Source: a virus
Lineage: Duplodnaviria; Caudoviricetes
Direction: 5' to 3' (one strand)
Virus record (IMG/VR): IMGVR_UViG_3300025141_000689
Location: 1-25,025 of that record
DNA: 25,025 nucleotides
A program made the position numbers and the translations under genes. Positions 16,572-24,360 of this stretch are shown here, piece by piece; position 1 is the stretch's first letter, and every line of letters starts with the position of its first letter. The notes beneath the pieces are model-generated. The model made no database searches. It was not told where the DNA came from and saw nothing but the letters and a program-made list of their open reading frames with translations.

Positions 16572-17044
16572 TGATAATTAAAGTTTATTACAACTCTCCT
16601 TTTTTTATCGGTACAAGATGAACCTGTGTGTTCTAATATAGAATCAAACTCAACGTACTTGTTTTCTTCACTTTTAATTTTTTTACCGTTTTTAAATTTC
16701 GTATATCCATTACTATTGTCTAAATACAAAATACCTGTTTTACCTTTTTCTTGATCAATATGAAATTCGTGTTCGATTATTTTATCTGTTGCTGTTAATA
16801 AATTAGCTTTTATTCTATTTATTTTTTTATGTTTAATATGTTTTAATACTGGAATCATAACATCTTGCCATTGACCCCAACATTGATACTGACCATTTTT
16901 TATAAAAACAAAAGTAAATTGAAAATATTTATCAGGTAAATTATTTACTCCATCATTAAAATACCAAGGAAAATGATCTGACATCATAGAGTTTTTAAGT
17001 TCTTTATAAATATCTTTTGGTAAAAAATTTTTATATATATTCAT
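16568..17044 (-). CDS. 2OG-Fe(II) oxygenase-like protein
   Basis: RIKANL, FHID (HxD), ILYL..SNGYT.F, FDS..EH.G and RRVVINFNY. Confidence 0.75.
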   Translation of the reverse strand: MNIYKNFLPKDIYKELKNSMMSDHFPWYFNDGVNNLPDKYFQFTFVFIKNGQYQCWGQWQDVMIPVLKHIKHKKINRIKANLLTATDKIIEHEFHIDQEKGKTGILYLDNSNGYTKFKNGKKIKSEENKYVEFDSILEHTGSSCTDKKRRVVINFNYQ

Positions 17045-17534
17045 AACTAGTAGTTAAAATAAAGTTTAAGGAATCCTTTTGAGTGTTAGTGATGTAATAC
17101 ATTTGAGTAGATGGAAACATAATAAAATGGTTATTTTTTAATGGTATGTCCCAACTTCTTCCCGCTCTTCTGTTTGAATCATAATGTATTCTAACACTAC
17201 AGTCTTTAACATTTACTCCATAAAGGAATGTGTAATCAGGAGAGTTTCTTAAATCAACTGGGTCAATATTTAATAAAGGGATAGATATTTCTTTAGGTTT
17301 GTACATATTTCCCCACGTTTCTTTATTCACTAAAGTAAATCCATATTCTAGGTTTATATGCTCTCGCATATAAGTACTTAATTTATCCCATTCTCTTGAG
17401 AATGGAAATTTTGAATTTTTAATTTGTGATGATAAAATATCGGATTGAAGTTTGTCTCGGTCTATTTCAAAACCTTTAGGCATATCTATTTTGCCATAAT
17501 GTAAATCGATTTCTGAGAGTACTTTCTTTTGCAT
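17031..17534 (-). CDS. Degenerate 2OG-oxygenase-fold protein lacking the metal-binding histidines
   Basis: WGNMYKP..S.PLLN and FIMFPSTQMYYI align by eye with the W.N.Y....PHxH and IFPS.L.H.V segments of HxH-type oxygenases, but the His positions are replaced. Confidence 0.55.
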   Translation of the reverse strand: MQKKVLSEIDLHYGKIDMPKGFEIDRDKLQSDILSSQIKNSKFPFSREWDKLSTYMREHINLEYGFTLVNKETWGNMYKPKEISIPLLNIDPVDLRNSPDYTFLYGVNVKDCSVRIHYDSNRRAGRSWDIPLKNNHFIMFPSTQMYYITNTQKDSLNFILTTSYEYI

Positions 17535-17544
17535 ACCAATTCCT

Positions 17545-17572
17545 TTTATAAAGGAAGGTATTATAATGTCAA
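17545..17572 (-). promoter_or_regulatory. Overlapping sigma70-type promoter
   Basis: TTGACA (17572-17567), a 16-nt spacer and TATAAA (17550-17545), upstream of the ATG at 17534. Confidence 0.5.
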
Positions 17573-17601
17573 TGTAATTTAAAAGATTTGATCTAGATCA
17601 A
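17560..17601 (-). promoter_or_regulatory. FNR/FixK (CRP-family)-type box plus TATAAT, class II promoter geometry
   Basis: Perfect palindrome TTGATCTAGATCAA at 17588-17601 and TATAAT at 17565-17560. The box centre falls at -41.5 if the hexamer occupies -12..-7. Confidence 0.6.
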
Positions 17602-18057
17602 TTAGGCTCTAGCGTCTACTATATCCCAAGATTGACCAGCCTCATTCCACACATAATACCACTCATGAGTATCTGCGTCGTTTTGTGCTTGTTGTTCAGC
17701 TGTTAAAGCTGGAGCATCACCGATTGGTGATTTCCAATTAGCTGTAGCTACGTCTTTTACCCAAGAAGCGTGAGGTTTTTTAGACCAAAAGATATTATTA
17801 TCTTCGTCCCATTCATAACCAATGCCTGCGTAATTTCCTCTAAATGCTTTTGAATTGTCACCTGATGAATGTGTATTAGCTACTGTGTTGTATGAAGTTT
17901 GAATCCACATTTGTGCAGGCCAATTATTGTGTTGTTCTAAATATTGTTGTCCTACTGTTTCATCTTCAACGCCATCAGCGTTTAACATATCACTATTATT
18001 CAAAGTTAATACTTGAATAACTTTTCCGTTTGATCCTAGTTTTGCGAAATGTGCCAT
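17602..18057 (-). CDS. Conserved phage protein (MAHFAKL...), possible fibre assembly/accessory protein
   Basis: AAGGAG RBS. Trp-rich motifs WIQTSYN, FRGNYAGIGY and W..W.E..QSW. Directly downstream of the Gly-rich fibre genes. Confidence 0.6.
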   Translation of the reverse strand: MAHFAKLGSNGKVIQVLTLNNSDMLNADGVEDETVGQQYLEQHNNWPAQMWIQTSYNTVANTHSSGDNSKAFRGNYAGIGYEWDEDNNIFWSKKPHASWVKDVATANWKSPIGDAPALTAEQQAQNDADTHEWYYVWNEAGQSWDIVDARA

Positions 18058-18106
18058 AATGTTTCTCCTTATATCTTAAAATTAATTCTTAAACAATACA
18101 TAAATA

Positions 18107-19477
18107 TTATTGAAATTTGTACCTTATAACTACATACCCTGATCCACCAGCTCCACCCACTCCATATGATCCAGCACTTACAAAACCACCGCCGCCACCA
18201 CCTGAACCTGTATTAGCTGCCGCTGTACCACCAGCAACTGCTGCTTTACCGCCAGCGCCTCCACCACCTGGTCCCCCAGTTCCAGCAGATACTGCAGCAC
18301 ATCTTGCTCCACCACCGCCGCCGCCACCTTTAATTAAAGGGGCATTTGTAATATTTGTTGTACCACCGGCTCCTCCTGGGCCTGCTACTCCTGGAGGGTT
18401 TAATCCAGTTGTACCTGCTGTAGTAGCACCGCCACCACCTCCGGCACTGTCTTTACTAGATGCACCTGGAGAAGCTGATCCTCCTGGATTTCCTTGAGGA
18501 GGACTTACAGGCGGGGTATTACCCGCTCCTGCACAACCTGTACAAGCACCATTTCCGCCTCCTGATCCACCGGCTCCTGCTTGACACGAGCCAGGTCCTG
18601 GTACATATCCTGCACCAAATCCACCGCCTGCAGATGTTACAGTTGCAAAACTTGAATTTACTCCGACTACACCAGGGGTTGCAGGTGAAGTACCTGTACC
18701 TCCAGCACCGCCACCACCGACTGCTATTGGATAACCTTGTACTGCAGCTACAATTCCTCCGCCTGGACTTGCTAATGGACTTCCAGCCCAAGCATTACAA
18801 CTAGGAACTGATTCTCTAAAACCTCCAGCTCCTCCGCCACCACCAGCTCCATTTCCTCCGGATGCACCGCCGCCTCCACCACCTAATACCCAATAATCTA
18901 TTTTATTATTTCCTGGAGCAGTTCCTGCGTTAGACACACATAAAGTTCCTGGACCGGTAAATACATGAATTTTATAATCACCAACAGTTGTTCCCGCACA
19001 AGGCGTTCCCCCTGTTGCCGCAACGTATGCTGCCCCTACTATATTTTCTGTTGAATCAGATGTTGTCACCCATCCCTGAGTGCCATCTACATATACTAAA
19101 GTTATTGATTGACCTTGTGTACTTAAAACAGCATCAGTAGTTAATCCAGCAATTTTTTCTGAACCATCAGCTGAAACTGTAACATTATTTGAGTGCCAAG
19201 TATTGGCGTAATCCGCTAGAGAAACAATTGAACCAGCAGCTCCTGCTGGTAAGTTAACTGTGATTCCTCCTGATGTTGTATTAACAAAATATCCTTTTCC
19301 GGTAGCCGCTGTTACTGTACCGGTTTGAGGAGTTGTAACCCAATCTACCGTGCCTGTTCTACCAAAACCTGTTTGAGTAGCACCACTTCCTAAAGCGATA
19401 GTGTCTCCACTATCCCCTAATGTGACCGTACCACAATTTGTTCTTGGTGTTAATTTATTTACTTTTATTTCACTCAT
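18107..19477 (-). CDS. Glycine-rich tail fibre/spike protein, paralogue 3
   Basis: Shared N-terminal adaptor domain, then YKIHVFTGPG, many GGGGG tracts, and the ending GGSGYVVIRYKFQ. Confidence 0.75.
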   Translation of the reverse strand: MSEIKVNKLTPRTNCGTVTLGDSGDTIALGSGATQTGFGRTGTVDWVTTPQTGTVTAATGKGYFVNTTSGGITVNLPAGAAGSIVSLADYANTWHSNNVTVSADGSEKIAGLTTDAVLSTQGQSITLVYVDGTQGWVTTSDSTENIVGAAYVAATGGTPCAGTTVGDYKIHVFTGPGTLCVSNAGTAPGNNKIDYWVLGGGGGGASGGNGAGGGGGAGGFRESVPSCNAWAGSPLASPGGGIVAAVQGYPIAVGGGGAGGTGTSPATPGVVGVNSSFATVTSAGGGFGAGYVPGPGSCQAGAGGSGGGNGACTGCAGAGNTPPVSPPQGNPGGSASPGASSKDSAGGGGGATTAGTTGLNPPGVAGPGGAGGTTNITNAPLIKGGGGGGGARCAAVSAGTGGPGGGGAGGKAAVAGGTAAANTGSGGGGGGFVSAGSYGVGGAGGSGYVVIRYKFQ

Positions 19478-19479
19478 TA

Positions 19480-20955
19480 TTATTGATATTTATATTTTAT
19501 TACCACAATTCCAGAACCTCCACGTCCAGCACCATAGGCATTTGCAGGGAAAGGAACATTTCCTGCTGCTCCACCTCCACCGCCGGTATTTGCAGTGGCA
19601 TCTGTTGCAGGACCACCACTATTTCTACCATCCGTTCCACCTCCTGCGCCACCAGCTTGTCCACACGGATGAACCAGCTGACCAGCTCCGCCGCCACCAC
19701 CAGAAAAATATCTTGCTGTGCCAACAGGTCCAGGAGTTCCGTAATTGCCACCTGGAGGGCCAAAAAAATTTGCACTACATACATAGGATCCCGTTCCACC
19801 ATATTTAGCTCCATAATCGTCTCCAGTCCCACCAACTTGACCAGCTCCGCCACCACCACCACCGTTTCTGTGAGGTCCTGGTGCAGGTGAAGGTCTAGCA
19901 CCTAATGGAGTTCCAGCGCCACCGTTTTGACCTTGAGGTGGTGCTACGGGTGGAGTATTTCCTGCTCCGCCATCTGTAAAGTTTGCATTTCCTCTGCCTC
20001 CACCACCACCTGAGCCACCGGTTCCAGCAGGTTGAGGAGGGGGATCTGAACCGCACAATGCTCCAAAACCACCACCAGCAGATGCAATAGATCCAAAAAC
20101 TGAAGAACTTCCTTGGTTACCCACAACAGCAGTACAAGAACCAGGGAAAGTCTTAGCAGCACCGCCGCCTCCGACTGCAATAGAGTACGCCCCCGCTGTA
20201 ACCGCAACTGCGGCTGGGGCATTTAAAGGGGGAGCAGTTGGAGCTGGCGAACAGCCATCATAAACTCGAAAACCTCCGGCTCCTCCACCACCTTCTCCTA
20301 TGTTAGTATAATTAGCTGCAGCTCCACTACCACCGCCGCCTACTACTAAATATTGAGCCTCGTCATTAGTTGGGTTTCCAGCACTACTAACTGTAAAAGT
20401 ACCAGGGGATGTAAAAACGTGAACTTTGTAATCACCACAAGTTGATACTGAACCACCTGTAGCACTTATGTATGTAGTTGCTCTTATATCACTTGTTGAA
20501 TCCATTGTATTGACCCAACCTTGTACTGAATCTACATAAACAAAAGTAGCCGCTTGTCCATTTATACCTAAACCTACTGTACCACTTAGTCCACCAATTT
20601 TTTCCGAACCATTAGGAGTAATACTTAATGTATTGGTTGCAAAAGTAGCCGCATAGTCTGCTACTGCAACTATATCTCCTGCTGTTCCTGCGGGTAAATT
20701 AAGAGTAATTGCTCCGCCTGTAGTATTCATAAAATACCCATTGCCTGACACACCTGTAACTGGAGAATCTCCAGTAACTTTTGGAGTTGTTACCCAACTC
20801 ACCGCACCTGATGCTCCAAAACCTGTTTGACTTGCACCTGATGCTAAAGAAACTGTATCTCCACTTTGTCCCAGTGTAATTGTTGTCCCGCACTTATCAA
20901 TTATATTAGTGCCTGGTTGATTTTGTACGTTGTCTACTTTTATTGTTGATGCCAT
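19480..20955 (-). CDS. Glycine-rich tail fibre/spike protein, paralogue 2
   Basis: Same architecture: YKVHVFTSPG, YLVVGGGG and the ending GGSGIVVIKYKYQ. Confidence 0.75.
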   Translation of the reverse strand: MASTIKVDNVQNQPGTNIIDKCGTTITLGQSGDTVSLASGASQTGFGASGAVSWVTTPKVTGDSPVTGVSGNGYFMNTTGGAITLNLPAGTAGDIVAVADYAATFATNTLSITPNGSEKIGGLSGTVGLGINGQAATFVYVDSVQGWVNTMDSTSDIRATTYISATGGSVSTCGDYKVHVFTSPGTFTVSSAGNPTNDEAQYLVVGGGGSGAAANYTNIGEGGGGAGGFRVYDGCSPAPTAPPLNAPAAVAVTAGAYSIAVGGGGAAKTFPGSCTAVVGNQGSSSVFGSIASAGGGFGALCGSDPPPQPAGTGGSGGGGGRGNANFTDGGAGNTPPVAPPQGQNGGAGTPLGARPSPAPGPHRNGGGGGGAGQVGGTGDDYGAKYGGTGSYVCSANFFGPPGGNYGTPGPVGTARYFSGGGGGAGQLVHPCGQAGGAGGGTDGRNSGGPATDATANTGGGGGAAGNVPFPANAYGAGRGGSGIVVIKYKYQ

Positions 20956-20969
20956 AATTTTTTCCTTAA

Positions 20970-22304
20970 TTAATTTTGGTATTTATATCTTATTACTACT
21001 ATACCACTTCCTCCAGCTCCTCCATTATTAACTCCTCCTGGTGAACGATTAACTCCTCCAAAACCTCCATTACCTGTATTAGCTGCTCCTGAATCTCCGG
21101 CCGTTCCTCCTGGAGTGGTAGCCCCAGCTCCAGAACCGCCTTTACTATATACCACAGGGGAAGCTGTTATACAAATTGTACCTCCAGCTCCTCCAGCACC
21201 ACCTGTTCCTGATGTTCCAGCGGAACCAGCTGCTGTTGCTCCGCCTCCTCCACCTGAAGCTAAATTTGGAGTTGGACCATCCAACCCTGCTCCACCTGGA
21301 TTTCCTTGAGCTGGATTTACTGGGGGAGAATTTCCGTCTCCACCTGCTGCATTACCATCTGAAGGTCCTCCACCACCAGAACCACCGACTTTAACTGTTG
21401 GAGCACAAGAAGCTGCTCCTGCATTACCGCCACCACCACCTGTGGATGTAATTGTTGAAAAACTTGCATTTGAACCTTTTTTACCACCCTTATCAGGAGA
21501 CGTTCCACCTACTCCACCTGCACCAATTGTAATAGGATAAGCTCCAATACTACCAGTAAGAGCATCAACACCTGATTGAGGAGGTGCTACTGTATAATAT
21601 CCAGTTGCTACACCAGAAGAACCTCTAAAACCTCCACCGCCACCGCCGCCACCACCGTGAACATTGGTAGTTCCATACTGACCTCCTCCAGCACCAGCTA
21701 CCACAAGATAATCTAGTGAATTTCTTGGTGGACTTGTAGTTGAAATAGCAGAAACACAAAAAGTTCCTGGCCCTACGAATTTTGCAATTTTATAATCTCC
21801 AGATGTTGTTAAAGTATTACAAGCTCCACTAACAGTTGCTGTCAGATATTCCACATCTCCAGAAGCTACTGTTGTTGCTTCTCCAACATCAACCCACCCT
21901 CGAGTACCATCAACATATACCAAAGTCATAGAAAGACCTCGTGCACTGAGAGTCATATCAGCTGCTTCTCCTCCTATTTTTTCTGATCCATTTGGAGAAA
22001 CTGTTAAATTATATGTTGCAAAACTATTTAAATAATCTTTTACAGCGATAACATTACCTGCGGCACCTGCTGGTAAATTAACAGTAAAAGCACCTCCTGA
22101 AGTATTACAGAAATAACCACTTCCTACTGCTGCTGTAAATGTTGCAGTTTTAATTGAAGAAGTATCCCAACTAACTGCTGAATATGTTTGCCCAAATCCT
22201 GTTTGTGATGCACCACTACCTAAAGCTACTGTTTGTCCACAACCACCTAGAGTTAAGGTTGTTCCGCATTGTGGTTCAACTGTATTTACTTCTATTTTAC
22301 TCAT
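20970..22304 (-). CDS. Glycine-rich tail fibre/spike protein, paralogue 1
   Basis: Same architecture: YKIAKFVGPG, YLVVAGAGGG and the ending GGSGIVVIRYKYQN. Confidence 0.75.
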   Translation of the reverse strand: MSKIEVNTVEPQCGTTLTLGGCGQTVALGSGASQTGFGQTYSAVSWDTSSIKTATFTAAVGSGYFCNTSGGAFTVNLPAGAAGNVIAVKDYLNSFATYNLTVSPNGSEKIGGEAADMTLSARGLSMTLVYVDGTRGWVDVGEATTVASGDVEYLTATVSGACNTLTTSGDYKIAKFVGPGTFCVSAISTTSPPRNSLDYLVVAGAGGGQYGTTNVHGGGGGGGGGFRGSSGVATGYYTVAPPQSGVDALTGSIGAYPITIGAGGVGGTSPDKGGKKGSNASFSTITSTGGGGGNAGAASCAPTVKVGGSGGGGPSDGNAAGGDGNSPPVNPAQGNPGGAGLDGPTPNLASGGGGGATAAGSAGTSGTGGAGGAGGTICITASPVVYSKGGSGAGATTPGGTAGDSGAANTGNGGFGGVNRSPGGVNNGGAGGSGIVVIRYKYQN

Positions 22305-22480
22305 TAAACTACTACCAATGTCCCTGTTACTGTTATTGTTGAAGGAATAGTTATAGGTCCTGCAAGGACTCCATTCTCTACAGTTTGAACACCATAAATC
22401 GTTGCCGCTTGATTAGGTATAAAATCATTAGGGCCATACTGCCCTCCAATATATTGGATTCCATTTATTACTGCCGTCAT
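22304..22480 (-). CDS. Small putative structural protein (58 aa), not in the ORF track
   Basis: Translates as MTAVINGIQYIGGQYGPNDFIPNQAATIYGVQTVENGVLAGPITIPSTITVTGTLVVV*. GGAGGA RBS, and the stop overlaps the next ATG (TAATG). Confidence 0.85.
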   Translation of the reverse strand: MTAVINGIQYIGGQYGPNDFIPNQAATIYGVQTVENGVLAGPITIPSTITVTGTLVVV

Positions 22481-22488
22481 AATTCCTC

Positions 22489-22815
22489 CTACGAACTAAT
22501 TGTGTCGATGTATGATAAACAAACATCTAATGAACTTGCGGTATCACTAACTGCTTCTAATACATCACCACTAGCCAAAACAATCTTCGCTCCTCCTTGG
22601 ATCAATTCGATAGCTGAATTAGGTGGAATCACAACGCCTTTTGCTAAAAAGTAGTCGGCTCCTCCTTTTGCAATTTTAACATCAATTTTAATTGTAGATG
22701 TCAAAACATTACAGCATCTAATACCTATAACTGCATCATAATTTCCTGCAGTTAAGATACCAGTATCGCCTGTTCCAATGACTCTCGTTAAAGTGTTTCT
22801 AAAATCTTGTGCCAT
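22489..22815 (-). CDS. Small beta-rich putative virion protein (108 aa), paralogue of 10069-10407
   Basis: In the operon with an AGGA RBS. Motifs DVKI, DYFL and KIVLASGDVL. Confidence 0.7.
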   Translation of the reverse strand: MAQDFRNTLTRVIGTGDTGILTAGNYDAVIGIRCCNVLTSTIKIDVKIAKGGADYFLAKGVVIPPNSAIELIQGGAKIVLASGDVLEAVSDTASSLDVCLSYIDTISS

Positions 22816-22824
22816 ATTTTTTTC

Positions 22825-23208
22825 CTATAATGCAACCGCCATTGCTAATGCAAAACCTGCGCTTGCTGCTCCTACTGGGTCTCCGCTGTTATCTAAATAA
22901 ACTGTTTTACTCGCGGGCATAGTACAGAATACGTCTTTAGTACCTGAAGTAAAATTCACAGCCGCATCAGAATTAGAACTCGAGATAGGTGTAGTTCTAG
23001 TTAAGTTAGCACTTGTCCCATCAAGTGTTCCATAACCAACTTCCCATTGTGTTGTACCCTGATTAAAAATTGCATAATACGTTGTATTACTATTTCCAAT
23101 TCCAGCTGCAAAAGTTTCAAAACCAGTTACTGCTCCTCCAAGTGCCACAGCACCTGTACCAGTTGTAGTACTAGTTTCTTTTACTCTGTCATTTATTACT
23201 AAAGCCAT
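22825..23208 (-). CDS. Putative tail/fibre-attachment structural protein (127 aa)
   Basis: DRVKETSTTTGTG...WEVG.GT...LTR...SSN..VNF..GTKDVFCT, ending FALAMAVAL. AGGAG RBS. Confidence 0.6.
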   Translation of the reverse strand: MALVINDRVKETSTTTGTGAVALGGAVTGFETFAAGIGNSNTTYYAIFNQGTTQWEVGYGTLDGTSANLTRTTPISSSNSDAAVNFTSGTKDVFCTMPASKTVYLDNSGDPVGAASAGFALAMAVAL

Positions 23209-23223
23209 TTTACTTTTCTCCTA

Positions 23224-23649
23224 TTACGCCATGCTTATAATTGCATTTGACGCTGTTGCCGGATTAGGGAAAGAAACTTTAAATGTACCATTTGTACAAG
23301 TAAAAGTTCCACCAAAATCCAATACCACACACAATTTATCACCTTGGTCATCATTATAAAGTGCTGCATGCGTTGCAGTAATTGTAGCTGAACTCCACGT
23401 CGAATCTGCAAAATCACAACTTGCTACTGCCGTAGCATAAACAACGGCATTTCCAGTTAAAGCGTTTCCAGTTGCAGTATAATTAGTTCCAGAAGAACTA
23501 ACTTCGTTGGTAACAACATAAACCGTACTAGATGTGTTGTAAGGATTTGAAGTGTATAAAGCTAATTTAAAGCTATCTCCGCCCGAAGCAAAATTATGTG
23601 TTCCTGTGAATAACTCTCCACGAAATGCATAAGGTATTACGTTTGCCAT
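23224..23649 (-). CDS. Putative structural protein (141 aa)
   Basis: FKLALYTS...NEVS..GTNYTATG..L...DFAD..W..ATITA..A.LYN...VLDFGG pattern of phage virion proteins. AAGGAG RBS. Confidence 0.6.
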   Translation of the reverse strand: MANVIPYAFRGELFTGTHNFASGGDSFKLALYTSNPYNTSSTVYVVTNEVSSSGTNYTATGNALTGNAVVYATAVASCDFADSTWSSATITATHAALYNDDQGDKLCVVLDFGGTFTCTNGTFKVSFPNPATASNAIISMA

Positions 23650-23663
23650 ATTTTTTTATCTCC

Positions 23664-24359
23664 TTAATAAGTTGATGGTGATTCAGATTTAATTGGAAGA
23701 CGAATAACCCCATCTTGATATTCGTTTCTGCGTCTACGACCCATTTGTTCAGTCGCGTACGTTTCTAATGCTTCTTTATAAGCCTTATCGTAGTATTGTA
23801 ACATATCCATCGGTCCTTTCAAGTACCCATATGCATTTACTAGACATGCGTATAAAATAAGGTCTGGATACTTATTGGACATATATGTTCCAGTTCCAGA
23901 CTTGGTTGCATCCGTTAAACTTGTTGGTTCTTTATTATAAGCTAAAGTAATTGCGTAAGCAGTATCAGGGGTAGGTGCCACCACCCAGTTATCTTCATCC
24001 CAATTAGCGTAATATTTGGGAATATTAGTGGATGAAGAACTTGGTGTTGAATAGTATTCAGCCATAAAACTAGGGTCTCTTTGTTCTAAATACACCTGAT
24101 CTCCAGCATCATTGGTTAATTGGACATATCTAATAACTCTTAAATCAGCAGGAATCGAGACATATCTGTTCCCAATAATACAAGTTGATGTAGCATAGAA
24201 TCGTTCTAAATCAGCATCAAAAGATCTATAAATTCTGCTCTCAGCATTTATTATAAATTTACTTAAAACACTTGAACTGAAAACAGAACTATCTACTTCT
24301 GTATAGTTTTTAATATCGTCTTCTAAATTTGTTAATGTGTATGTTATTCCTGCAGGCAT
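23664..24359 (-). CDS. Putative head-tail adaptor / tail tubular protein A-like
   Basis: FIINAESRI, PKYYA, VAPTPD..Y...L.Y and YPDLILYACL patterns. Size (231 aa) and position are typical of podovirus adaptor proteins. Confidence 0.65.
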   Translation of the reverse strand: MPAGITYTLTNLEDDIKNYTEVDSSVFSSSVLSKFIINAESRIYRSFDADLERFYATSTCIIGNRYVSIPADLRVIRYVQLTNDAGDQVYLEQRDPSFMAEYYSTPSSSSTNIPKYYANWDEDNWVVAPTPDTAYAITLAYNKEPTSLTDATKSGTGTYMSNKYPDLILYACLVNAYGYLKGPMDMLQYYDKAYKEALETYATEQMGRRRRNEYQDGVIRLPIKSESPSTY

Positions 24360-24360
24360 A

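Noticed and set aside
18058-18106. AT-rich gap with three TTAA, considered as a CtrA box or promoter
   Set aside because: TTAA spacings are 3, 2 and 9 rather than 7, and TTGTTT-17-TATAAG is too weak to call in such AT-rich DNA.
18117-21508. Pro-rich and other alternative-frame ORFs over the Gly-rich genes
   Set aside because: GGN codon runs read as CCN on the opposite strand and suppress stop codons, so these are artefacts.
18107-22304. CCACCACC/CCGCCGCC repeats considered as a CRISPR array, tandem repeat or DGR template/variable pair
   Set aside because: They are polyglycine codons. There is no regular repeat-spacer period, no near-identical copies differing only at adenines, and no reverse transcriptase in the window.
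22385-22654. + strand 89-aa ORF from the track
   Set aside because: Overlaps two better-supported - strand genes (22304-22480 and 22489-22815).
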